A DNA stretch of 26,936 nt from the NCBI GenBank assembly GCA_019057475.1, contig DXJO01000019.1, forward strand, positions 1 to 26,936, in the 5' to 3' direction. The notes beneath the pieces were generated by a model. The model searched no databases. It was not told the origin of the DNA and was given only the letters and a program-made list of their open reading frames with translations. This DNA comes from Candidatus Thorarchaeota archaeon (GTDB taxonomy: Archaea; Asgardarchaeota; Thorarchaeia; Thorarchaeales; Thorarchaeaceae). Below, in pieces: positions 7,072 through 15,353 of this stretch (position 1 is its first letter; each line of letters opens with the position of its first letter). The translations under genes were made by a program, and so were the position numbers.

Positions 7072-9286
7072 TGGATCTCGAAGACCCCACCAGTATCTTG
7101 TGGAGTCCTTTGCACTCAACTCCTACCACAGAAAGGTGTCAAGGAAGGGTAAAGGGAGAGTACCAGACCCCCAATTCAGAAAGAGGGCAGTGAGCCAGGT
7201 ACAGACTCTCTCAAGGACTGCTACTGGTCGGAAGTGTGGTTTCGTTGATCTCAAGACACTCACAGACCACTTTCAAAGATATTGTAAAGCAGTCAACCTT
7301 ATCCTTGAGCAAGTGTACTCCAATGACAAACACTCTGAGGAGATTGGTGAGAGACTGAGGAAGAGCAGGTCACGTGGTTATGTCGTACTGATGAAGGAAC
7401 ACGACCTCAAGTGGGCCAAGGACAACGAGTTCGGTGAGCTGGTCTTCGGAAGGATGCATAGGAATGCTCTTGAGGCTGCTGCTCGGATAATCCTCGCTGA
7501 CCACACAAGGAGGAAACTCGTTAGGACACTCGTGAATATACTTGTAGAGTCAGAGGATGACTTGAAAAGACTCATGAAGAACAAACGAGTCCCAGCTGAC
7601 CTCATCAGACGCGTCCGTGACCAGTCTGAAACAAAGCATAATGGGTCCGGTTTCTATTACGCTCTATCTGCATGCAAACAAGTCCGGCGAGTCCTTGACG
7701 AACTTGTTCTCTCGAAGATACCGAAACCCCCTGTTGAAAGGCAGGCCTCCGTTCATCATAATGGGCATGCCTCTATTTCAGAAGACAGACTTGCCTCTGT
7801 TTCTGCAGAGAGAACCGACTCACCACTGCCGAACGACCAAGCACCCAGAAAGCAACGCATTCGCGGAGGGCGCAGAGCAAGACAGAGAGCGAAAGTCAGG
7901 GAGTCATGGAAGGACAAGTCCAAGAATTCTGAGAGTATCAAAGACCTCATTCGCTCTGAGGTCACTCGTTGGAGCAAGGAGGGCTTTCCATTCACGACGC
8001 CTGTTTTTAAGGCAACCACTGAGGACTTCAGCGCGAGCACAGAGAACATGACTGGTCAAGGTTATTGGGTTAGGTCTGACCCTGAACGACCTGACGAGAT
8101 CATCCTCTACATCAAGACCCCACCCGGTCTACAGAGTGCTGAATGTGATTCAGACTCACCCTATCGGAGTCAGACACTCCGTTTCAGGTTCCTGAACTGG
8201 TTCCCTAGGAAGGCCAAGAGAGCGCAAAAAAAGGCGGAAGAGGCAAGAGCGGCTGGGAACATTTCTAGGGCAGAGCAACTGACTTTCAGGGTTGCCGTCT
8301 TCACAGACATGAGCGAGCAGTTGATGAACACCATTGCACTGCACCATGTCGCGCGAGAACTGACAAACCTCAAGGCACGGAAAGACCTAGACACAGAAAG
8401 AATTGTGGAGCTTGAGGGACAACTCAAGAAACTGCGAACATCTCGAAGGTCTGCTCCCCCACGACTCCAGCTCCGAGGGAACAGAGTCATCTTCTCAATA
8501 CCGTTCCTGTCACCAGATAAGAAACTACTTGAGAAGACACTTGAGACCCCTGAACTCACAGCCTATGCAGGGGTTGATAGGGGGATACGCTTTCCAGTGG
8601 TGTTGTCAGTCTGTGATGAATATGGCACATATCACGACAGACACATCAGTCACAAAGGGTTGTTCGCAAAGCGAGAACGACTCAGACATAGGACCAGAGA
8701 ACTCAGTTCACAGATAGACAGAAGAAAGAACAACTGGGAGAAGAAGCACCCGGGGCTGCAGGCACCAGCCTATATCCTGAAAAAGGAGATGGAGCTGGCA
8801 TCCGTGTGGCGAAAGGTCAGACGCCTCGACCGCGAGATCTCCCATCTAGTCGCATCTGCGACGGTCTGGTTCTGTGAGAAGCATAGGGTGAAGACTGTCT
8901 ACTTCGAGGACCTCCGTTCCTTCCAAGGGAAGGGCGGGATGCACTCACACAGCTGGAGATTATCGACAAACCTTTGGGGACTCATGATTGAGGGAGTCAG
9001 GTATCGAAGACAGGCCATGGGTCACAGGAGAGGTGGTGTCTGGACAGTGAACCCCGCGTGGACCTCACAGACCTGCAGTCGATGTGGAGAGAGAGGTGTC
9101 CGTGTGAAGCGCCCCGATGACACAGAGGAGATGAGAGGAGGAGAGCATTTCTTCTGTCCTCACTGTCAGATAAGCCTGCACGCCGACGTTAACGCGGCGC
9201 GTAACATTATTAAAGTAAAGCACGAGGCCAGTGCCGTTCCTGGCCGGACAGGACAGCGATGTCCAACTTTGTCCAAGTTTCAATGA
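6995..9286 (+). CDS. tnpB: Large TnpB/Cas12-like RNA-guided endonuclease (763 aa; 698 aa if the GTG at 7190 is used)
   Basis: RuvC-I AGVDRG, RuvC-II VYFEDL, VNPAWTSQTCSRCG...FFCPHC zinc finger and RuvC-III HADVNAARNI. All three acidic catalytic residues are present. Confidence 0.92.
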   Translation: MTQEIQRRPWKQYKQHKTMDGNIISVGSRRPHQYLVESFALNSYHRKVSRKGKGRVPDPQFRKRAVSQVQTLSRTATGRKCGFVDLKTLTDHFQRYCKAVNLILEQVYSNDKHSEEIGERLRKSRSRGYVVLMKEHDLKWAKDNEFGELVFGRMHRNALEAAARIILADHTRRKLVRTLVNILVESEDDLKRLMKNKRVPADLIRRVRDQSETKHNGSGFYYALSACKQVRRVLDELVLSKIPKPPVERQASVHHNGHASISEDRLASVSAERTDSPLPNDQAPRKQRIRGGRRARQRAKVRESWKDKSKNSESIKDLIRSEVTRWSKEGFPFTTPVFKATTEDFSASTENMTGQGYWVRSDPERPDEIILYIKTPPGLQSAECDSDSPYRSQTLRFRFLNWFPRKAKRAQKKAEEARAAGNISRAEQLTFRVAVFTDMSEQLMNTIALHHVARELTNLKARKDLDTERIVELEGQLKKLRTSRRSAPPRLQLRGNRVIFSIPFLSPDKKLLEKTLETPELTAYAGVDRGIRFPVVLSVCDEYGTYHDRHISHKGLFAKRERLRHRTRELSSQIDRRKNNWEKKHPGLQAPAYILKKEMELASVWRKVRRLDREISHLVASATVWFCEKHRVKTVYFEDLRSFQGKGGMHSHSWRLSTNLWGLMIEGVRYRRQAMGHRRGGVWTVNPAWTSQTCSRCGERGVRVKRPDDTEEMRGGEHFFCPHCQISLHADVNAARNIIKVKHEASAVPGRTGQRCPTLSKFQ

Positions 9287-9288
9287 AC
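9259..9288 (-). repeat. Right-end imperfect inverted repeat / TnpA-binding motif array
   Basis: TGTCCAA tandem at 9260 and 9270 (10-bp period) followed by TTCAATGAAC; inverted partner of 684-712. Confidence 0.8.
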
Positions 9289-9301
9289 GGTTCCGTAACT
9301 G
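9289..9301 (+). repeat. 13-bp direct repeat, right copy (GGTTCCGTAACTG)
   Basis: Exact match to 671-683. Confidence 0.95.
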
Positions 9302-9312
9302 AGGGAACCTTG

Positions 9313-9867
9313 ATGCCATCTATCCTAATCACAACTTCTCGACGGACATCTAACAGAGTTCGCTCTTTTGTACGCGACCTCTGGACTGTGCTCCCCGGCA
9401 CTGAGCGATTCAACCGCGGCGGAATGAGCATAGCCGAACTTTCGTCACGAATCAAGCAGTCGAGAGCAAGTGCTGCCATTATAGTGTCGCTTTTCAAGGG
9501 GAATCCGAGGAGTCTGCAGATATTATCCCCAGATGGAGGGCAACTAATGGAGGTGCAGATGGAGAGTGCCAAGCTTCGCCGCGAGGTGGCTTCCTCACGC
9601 GGTCCGAAAATGCGTGCTATCCATTCGATAGCCGTCCAGAGTGGAGCTGGTGAACAGACCAGAGCAATCGCTGAAATGCTGAGCGCGCTCTTAGATACAC
9701 CTATTGCTGAATCAACGGAAATTGTGGCTGTTGGATCAGAAGGCATGAACGAGGTTGTAGTGTGGCTTCAGGACTTCCCAACCGGCAAAACTCTCTGGAC
9801 ACATTATCATGCAAAAGATGGTCTTGAGATCGGGCCAAGGATGAGGATCACCTCGGTTACCGTGTAG
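9313..9867 (+). CDS. Brix-domain (Imp4-like) ribosome biogenesis protein
   Basis: ILITTSRRTSNRVRSFVRDL...FNRGGMS...GNP...EIGPRMRI. Start moved to the ATG at 9313 (GAGGG RBS) because the upstream in-frame part lies inside the transposon end. Confidence 0.9.
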   Translation: MPSILITTSRRTSNRVRSFVRDLWTVLPGTERFNRGGMSIAELSSRIKQSRASAAIIVSLFKGNPRSLQILSPDGGQLMEVQMESAKLRREVASSRGPKMRAIHSIAVQSGAGEQTRAIAEMLSALLDTPIAESTEIVAVGSEGMNEVVVWLQDFPTGKTLWTHYHAKDGLEIGPRMRITSVTV

Positions 9868-9988
9868 TTCTTTGTCAGCTCATTGCAGAACAGAAAGCGC
9901 CATAGCATTGGGAACAAGAGAACTCGTTTCGAAGTCCTTTTACGAGGATGGTCACCAAGAACAGCTATTAACACAGAGTGTGGAAACC

Positions 9989-10270
9989 ATGACCTCAAAG
10001 CCAATTCAGAGTGCAAGTGCAACGCTTTCCATTGATTTGGAATCGGACGAATTGGCCAAAATGATACAATCTGCTCTCTTACCAGAAATCGACGCATCTC
10101 CCACAGACAGGTGCGCAGCCAGCATTTCAGTTGAGGGGGCTACCCTAATCATCGAACTTACAGCAGGAGACCTCACCGCCTTGAGGGCTGCAATGAACTC
10201 CTATCTGGCGTGGGTGTCTGGCTGTAAGATGGCTGTGGAATCCGTGACTGATACAAGCCAAAACCCTTAA
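9989..10270 (+). CDS. pcc1: KEOPS complex subunit Pcc1
   Basis: ALLPE...LIIELTAGDLTALRAAMNSYLAWV motif and position between Brix and pfdB; likely start is the ATG at 9989. Confidence 0.9.
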   Translation: MTSKPIQSASATLSIDLESDELAKMIQSALLPEIDASPTDRCAASISVEGATLIIELTAGDLTALRAAMNSYLAWVSGCKMAVESVTDTSQNP

Positions 10271-10329
10271 GTCGTGACTCATCAGGCGCACTTTGAAACG
10301 CCCCGCACTTGTAAGGGAGTTCGACAATC

Positions 10330-10692
10330 ATGGCTCAGACATTACCCCCCGCCTTGGAACAGGACCTGCGAAAATTCGATACCATGCAGCGTAACTATGA
10401 AATGATGGCTGCGAAATTGCAGACATGGCAGATGGAATTGAATCAGATTAAAGTAACTCTTGAAGAGCTAAACAAGCAGCCTGATGATGTTGTGACCTAC
10501 AAGAGTGTCGGGCAAATCCTGTTCAAGGTTGACAAGCCCACAACAGCCAAGGAGCTTGCAGATCGAGAAGAAGTTCTCGAGAAGACACTGAAATCCATGA
10601 ATAAGAAAGTAGAATCACTCGCAGCTAGTCTGAAGGAGCTTCAGGAGAAGATACAGCTCGAGCTTAGCAAACAGAATCTCAGGCTCCAGTGA
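10330..10692 (+). CDS. pfdB: Prefoldin subunit beta
   Basis: 120 aa, coiled coil - YKSVGQILFK hairpin - coiled coil; conserved synteny. Confidence 0.93.
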   Translation: MAQTLPPALEQDLRKFDTMQRNYEMMAAKLQTWQMELNQIKVTLEELNKQPDDVVTYKSVGQILFKVDKPTTAKELADREEVLEKTLKSMNKKVESLAASLKELQEKIQLELSKQNLRLQ

Positions 10693-10997
10693 GAGACATG
10701 AATCCAGTATTCGAGATTGGATTGCCCGAGTTATCGGGACCTGACCTTGAGCAGTTGACAGAAGAGTGTGAAGCGGCTATCACGCAGCACATCTTCGATA
10801 AGATACCAAAAAAGAGCATCTCAGAGCTCACCGTGACCTGTATACTCGACCTTGATAAGACTCTTGAGTTCGAAGTACAACTGGACTTGGCGCAGGAATA
10901 CGACACCGGTCACTCACTTGACGACATACTGGAGGGAGCAAACAGATTCGGAACAGAGTGGCTTGAGAAACGGCTCGCGGAGATGAAGACCCAATGA
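10689..10997 (+). CDS. DUF3194-like small acidic protein
   Basis: IGLPELS N-terminus, ~100 aa, typical position between pfdB and DHH. Confidence 0.65.
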   Translation: MRDMNPVFEIGLPELSGPDLEQLTEECEAAITQHIFDKIPKKSISELTVTCILDLDKTLEFEVQLDLAQEYDTGHSLDDILEGANRFGTEWLEKRLAEMKTQ

Positions 10998-12001
10998 ATC
11001 TCATTTCCCTCTTGAAGTCATCTTTTCATCCCGTAATTCTAGGGCATCATAATGCAGATCCTGATGCAGTTTGCTCAATGATTGCAATCGCGGATATTTG
11101 TAGGAAACTCAACCCCAAGAGTATGCCCAAGCTTGCGTGCGATGATGTAAGCAGGCTCTCAATGCAAGTACTCGATAAATTCGCACCTACTGCCGAGATT
11201 CTTGAAACAGTTGAAGATGATCACGATCTGGTAATCCTTGTAGATACAAATAGCCTGCTACAACTCGGTCCTAATCTCAAGGATGTCGTTGTCAATCCTG
11301 AACGAACCTTGGTGATTGATCATCATGAACCTAACCCAGAGCTTGACAGCATTGCGAAGCATGCAGTTGTACGGAGCGATAGATACTCTGCTTGCGAGAT
11401 TATTGCGGGTCTATATGATGAGGTCGAATTAGATATTGGAGCGGACATCGCAAATCTACTCCTCACTGGGATGTTGTTTGACACGCGCAGATTCCTATAT
11501 GCAGACGAGGATACTCTCGTTGCTGCAACCAGGTTAGTGCGCAATGGAGCTGACTATCAAGCGTGCATGAGTTCGCTGGCCATCAAACCTAGTAGGTCGG
11601 AACGGATAGCGAGGCTCAAGGCTGCCTGTCGATTACAGGTCCACAATATTGACAACTGGATCATCGTCACATCCAGAATCAAGGCCTTTGAGGCCAGTGC
11701 ATGCCGTGGACTGATTGGGATGGGGGCCGATGTCGCTATCGTTAGTGGGAGTCCATCCAATGGAGAAGTACGTCTGAGCTCTAGGAGCACCACGGAGTTC
11801 TATGAGAAGACTGGCGTTAATCTGGGACGTGACGTGATGGAGCCGCTCGGAGAATTAATCGAGGGAAAGGGAGGCGGGCATCCCAACGCGGCTGGAGCAA
11901 ATGGCCGGATACTCGGAGATAAGGCCGCCTCTAGAGCAGTACGACTCATTAGGGACGCAATCAAGAGAGGGCCATCACCTGAGAGTGATGAGTCATCCTA
12001 A
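10994..12001 (+). CDS. DHH/DHHA1 family phosphoesterase
   Basis: GHHNADPDA, ILVDT, VIDHH, FDT, SSRS and GGGHPNAAG motifs. Confidence 0.93.
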   Translation: MNLISLLKSSFHPVILGHHNADPDAVCSMIAIADICRKLNPKSMPKLACDDVSRLSMQVLDKFAPTAEILETVEDDHDLVILVDTNSLLQLGPNLKDVVVNPERTLVIDHHEPNPELDSIAKHAVVRSDRYSACEIIAGLYDEVELDIGADIANLLLTGMLFDTRRFLYADEDTLVAATRLVRNGADYQACMSSLAIKPSRSERIARLKAACRLQVHNIDNWIIVTSRIKAFEASACRGLIGMGADVAIVSGSPSNGEVRLSSRSTTEFYEKTGVNLGRDVMEPLGELIEGKGGGHPNAAGANGRILGDKAASRAVRLIRDAIKRGPSPESDESS

Positions 12002-12015
12002 GAGGGAGAGAATCC

Positions 12016-12858
12016 ATGGCGCTGATAGAGTTCGCCGACTTCAGCTTCAAGTACCTAGGAGCGGACTCCCTCGCTTTGAAAAGAATCAAACTCACAATTG
12101 ATGAGGGCGAATATGTTGTCATCACGGGACCTTCGGGGTGTGGCAAGACTACTTTCTGCAGAGCGATAAACGCGCTTGTTCCTCAGTTCCATCGCGGATA
12201 TGTCGCTGGCAATGTTTACACGGACGGGAAGAACACCCGCGAGAATGAAGTGGCGACATTCGCCTCCGTTGCAGGCTTGGTGTTCCAGAATCCAGAGAAT
12301 CAGCTTGTAACTCTCGATGTGGAAAAAGAAATTGCATTCGGTCCTGAGAACCTTGGTGTCGCGCCTAATGAAATAAGACGCAGAGTAGAGGAACTGATAG
12401 AGCTACTCGACCTTGAAGAACTGAGAGAAAAACACCCTCACGAGATGTCGGGTGGTGAACAGCAGCGAGTCGCGATTGCTGCAACGCTCGCCCTAAAGCC
12501 AAAAGTCCTAGTGGCTGATGAACCCACCTCGAATCTTGATCCTCAGAGTGCAGAGGCTATTCTCAAGATAATCGCACATCTCAACAAGAGAGGTATGGCT
12601 GTCGTTCTTGTGGAGCATCGGCTTGACTTGGTGGCAAAAGATGCATCTCGTATCATCTTGATGAACAAGGGGCGTATCGTTGCTGATGGGAATCCGAGAG
12701 AAATCCTTGCCATGGACCTTTGTGAGGAGATTGGCGTTGGCGTACCCAAGGCGACTCAGGTGTACAAACGGTTGAGAACAAGGGGTGTTGAACTCGGAAC
12801 CGTACCTCTGACAGGGGTGGAATTGGCTGAGCTTGTCCAGGAGGCGACATCAAGGTGA
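12016..12858 (+). CDS. ecfA1: ECF transporter ATP-binding protein EcfA
   Basis: GPSGCGKT, VFQNPENQ, SGGEQQR, DEPTSNLD and VEH motifs. Confidence 0.92.
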   Translation: MALIEFADFSFKYLGADSLALKRIKLTIDEGEYVVITGPSGCGKTTFCRAINALVPQFHRGYVAGNVYTDGKNTRENEVATFASVAGLVFQNPENQLVTLDVEKEIAFGPENLGVAPNEIRRRVEELIELLDLEELREKHPHEMSGGEQQRVAIAATLALKPKVLVADEPTSNLDPQSAEAILKIIAHLNKRGMAVVLVEHRLDLVAKDASRIILMNKGRIVADGNPREILAMDLCEEIGVGVPKATQVYKRLRTRGVELGTVPLTGVELAELVQEATSR

Positions 12859-13679
12859 TCATCTTAGAAGATGTGCACTATTCCTATGATGGCGTCTACA
12901 CAGCCCTTCGGGGTATCTCTCTACAGGTTGACGATGGTGAGCGTTTTGCGGTTATCGGTGCCAACGGTGCAGGCAAGACCACAATGATCAAACACATGAA
13001 CGGCCTTCTCCGTCCGCAAAAGGGACGGGTCATTCTTGACGGGCAAGACACCAAGTTCATGTCAGTAGCAGAAATCGCCAGAGAGGTGGGACTGGTCTTC
13101 CAGAACCCTGACCATCAGTTGTTCCTAGATTCAGTGAAGAAGGAAGTGGAGTTCGGGCTCAGAAACATTGGCTTCACCGAGAGTGAGGCCGAGCAGAGAC
13201 GTCAGAAGACCCTGGCAAGTCTGGGTTTGGAGGGCTTCGCAGAGAGGTCTCCCTTTACTTTGTCCGGCGGTGAGAGGAAACGTGTTGCGCTCGCATCGGT
13301 CCTGTCAACAGAGCCACGCTTTCTGGCGCTGGATGAGCCAACAATCGGACAGGATGCGCATCAAAAGAATCAGCTTGCCCAAATGCTCGCTGAGATGAAC
13401 AAGCGGGGGCGAACAGTTGTTGTTGTGACACACGACATTGAGTTTGTCATTGAGAACTTTCCTCGCACAGTTGCCATGGCTGATGGTCAGATTATTGCGG
13501 ATGGATCTACAAGCATGGTGCTGAGCAATGATGAGGTCATTGAAAGATGTGCACTCGCACCCCCGCAGATGACATTAGCCGCTAGAGCGCTACGAAACGT
13601 TTTCCCAGAAGTTGGCCAACGATTGACATTATTGTCCGAGCTAGAGGAAACCATCATTGGGATACTTGGGGGTGCATAG
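12855..13679 (+). CDS. ecfA2: ECF transporter ATP-binding protein EcfA'
   Basis: GANGAGKT, VFQNPDHQ, LSGGERKR, LDEPT and VTHD motifs. Confidence 0.92.
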   Translation: MIILEDVHYSYDGVYTALRGISLQVDDGERFAVIGANGAGKTTMIKHMNGLLRPQKGRVILDGQDTKFMSVAEIAREVGLVFQNPDHQLFLDSVKKEVEFGLRNIGFTESEAEQRRQKTLASLGLEGFAERSPFTLSGGERKRVALASVLSTEPRFLALDEPTIGQDAHQKNQLAQMLAEMNKRGRTVVVVTHDIEFVIENFPRTVAMADGQIIADGSTSMVLSNDEVIERCALAPPQMTLAARALRNVFPEVGQRLTLLSELEETIIGILGGA

Positions 13680-14450
13680 ATGTCGTTCCTTGAAGTTTTC
13701 CAGTACACAAGACAGGACTCAGTTATGCATCGCCTAGATCCACGGTCAAAGCTTGTTCTGTCTATTGTATGTGCAGCAGTATCTATGATGTTCATGGAAA
13801 TCATCCCTCTCCTTATGGTTTTCACCTGTCTTCTTCCGATGATTGCTGCAGCAAAATCCCTGAGCAGATGGGCAAAGAGCATGAAGGGATTGGGGGCTCT
13901 CCTTGTGTTCGTGCTAGTGTTCAACACGCTGCTCTCACCTGTGGAGAACCCATTTTCATATTCCTTTTCGTTGGCAATCCGGTTGGTGGCTTTGATGACT
14001 TCATTCTCGTTGTTCTTCCTCACGGTCCAACCTGACCAGCTGTCGCAGGCATTGATACAGATGCGTGTGAAGTTCGAGTTTGCCTTCGCAATGAGTATGG
14101 CAATGAGATACGTGCCAACTCTGGGCCAAGAAGCCTATGCTATCATGGATGCCCAGAGGGCTCGGGGAGTTGAGCTTGATAAGGGGAATATTATCAAACG
14201 CATCAGGAATATCATACCCATCATTGTGCCCCTAATAATCGTGTCAATTAGGCGTGCTCTCTCGATTGCTGAAAGCATGGAGTCGAGGGGCTTCGGTGCA
14301 AGCGATAGCCGGACCTATATGGAGATGCTGCGATTCAGGAAACGGGACTGGGCAGTGGTACTATCTTCCCTCTTGATACTAATCTTGGTCATTTATGTCA
14401 GGTTCTTTGTTGGTCTGCCGGGATGGATGCTGTGGAATTTTCCATTTTAG
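13680..14450 (+). CDS. ecfT: ECF transporter transmembrane component T
   Basis: HRLDPRSKL, transmembrane helices, and AQRARG and MESRGF coupling motifs. Confidence 0.93.
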   Translation: MSFLEVFQYTRQDSVMHRLDPRSKLVLSIVCAAVSMMFMEIIPLLMVFTCLLPMIAAAKSLSRWAKSMKGLGALLVFVLVFNTLLSPVENPFSYSFSLAIRLVALMTSFSLFFLTVQPDQLSQALIQMRVKFEFAFAMSMAMRYVPTLGQEAYAIMDAQRARGVELDKGNIIKRIRNIIPIIVPLIIVSIRRALSIAESMESRGFGASDSRTYMEMLRFRKRDWAVVLSSLLILILVIYVRFFVGLPGWMLWNFPF

Positions 14451-14542
14451 ACGCATAGTATGCCACTACACTGGGTATAGGTTAATCCTCATATGGTTTT
14501 TATGAGTGCAAACCCATTGGAGAGAACGGTGGGTGAAGCAAA

Positions 14543-15130
14543 ATGGCGGGTGAAAACTCTATTCAGCTTCCAGCACGGCGCAAAAAGTACACAGTGAAAG
14601 GCCTGATGAGTGATCTGAAGAAGATTGGGGCAACACCAAGCGTGACGGACTTCATTGGTTCCCAATGCATCTACAACGAGTGGAATCTCTGTGAACGCGA
14701 TCTCGGGGAAGATCACCCTGTTACAAGCCATTTGGCAGAGCTTCTTGATTTCATGCAACATGGATATGAAGAACAGCTGGTGGGCGGTGAGTTTTGGAGG
14801 ACCAAGGATACTCCCGCGGCCGCAATCAACGCCGCTCTTCGCGGACGACCCGCAGAGTTCCTCACTCATGTCCTAGATAGGCCAGCTGACTATGTCTATG
14901 ATCTCTTGGAGCAAGCCGTAACCTCCCGCAAGAACGAAATTGACGTATATGCGAAAATCGAATCTGGAATCCGCGCAGAACTTGAATCTGACCCCGATAA
15001 CCCTCACCTATGGAACAAACTTCGATTGCTCCTATGGCTTCTGGGTCAGTACAAGAACTCAAGTGAAGCCTTTCAAAAGGCAAAGCGATTGGGTTGGGAT
15101 GCCAGTAGCGCGAAGTTCGTTGCTCTCTAG
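14543..15130 (+). CDS. Hypothetical protein with a C-terminal TPR-like repeat
   Basis: ELESDPDNPHLWNKLRLLLWLLGQYKNSSEAFQKA resembles a TPR; GGTGA RBS upstream. Confidence 0.6.
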   Translation: MAGENSIQLPARRKKYTVKGLMSDLKKIGATPSVTDFIGSQCIYNEWNLCERDLGEDHPVTSHLAELLDFMQHGYEEQLVGGEFWRTKDTPAAAINAALRGRPAEFLTHVLDRPADYVYDLLEQAVTSRKNEIDVYAKIESGIRAELESDPDNPHLWNKLRLLLWLLGQYKNSSEAFQKAKRLGWDASSAKFVAL

Positions 15131-15353
15131 GAAAAAACACCCAGCTTCTGCAGCAAAGGACGAATTCGCCCATTTTGGAATTTGATGGTCGGACCCCATC
15201 ACAGACTCTATCTTGGCCTGAGAGGCCGCAAACTTAACGAGATGATTCAATGCATGAACTCAAGTTGATCAATCTACCGTGTTTCTATTTTCATTCCCCA
15301 ACTCCTTTATGGGGCGGCATGCTATGAGTAATTAGCTAGAAGGATGTGATTCT

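Larger units (their letters stand above)
671..9290 (+). mobile_element. Cargo-carrying IS607-like element: serine transposase, 1822-aa cargo gene and large TnpB
   Basis: Interrupts the conserved rpl37ae-Brix gene order. tnpA lies at the left end and tnpB at the right end. GG dinucleotide at both junctions (671-672, 9289-9290), 13-bp direct repeat and inverted subterminal motif arrays. Confidence 0.88.
9221..9306 (+). ncRNA. Predicted omegaRNA (reRNA): scaffold ending at 9290 plus guide from 9291; 5' limit uncertain
   Basis: Stem GGCCAG/CTGGCC (9226-9231/9240-9245), whose loop CCGTTC is complementary to the terminal GAACGG (9285-9290), giving a pseudoknot. Nested hairpin GGACA-GGACA-GCGA-TGTCC-AACTT-TGTCC (9246-9274) with a GNRA tetraloop. 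Overlaps the tnpB 3' end as TnpB omegaRNAs do. Confidence 0.72.

Noticed and set aside
6995-9286. Calling the protein Fanzor or a nuclease-dead TldR/Cas12k
   Set aside because: The catalytic D, E and D are all present in canonical TnpB spacing, with no DPG or rearranged glutamate. No TnsB/TnsC/TniQ genes are present.
742-9288. Impression of a different oligonucleotide composition inside the element
   Set aside because: Cannot be quantified by eye; it needs a sliding-window k-mer or codon-usage calculation.
671-9301. Casposon (suggested by TIR-like ends plus a long direct repeat)
   Set aside because: No Cas1 casposase or family B polymerase; the only recombinase is IS607-type.
9259-9312. N-terminal 18 aa of the Brix ORF as given in the ORF track
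   Set aside because: These codons lie in the transposon end and RBS region; the Brix domain begins at the ATG at 9313.
6813-9320. CRISPR array or cas genes associated with the Cas12-like protein
   Set aside because: No regularly spaced repeat-spacer units and no cas1/cas2 in the window. The only nearby repeat has two 15-bp copies 119 bp apart.
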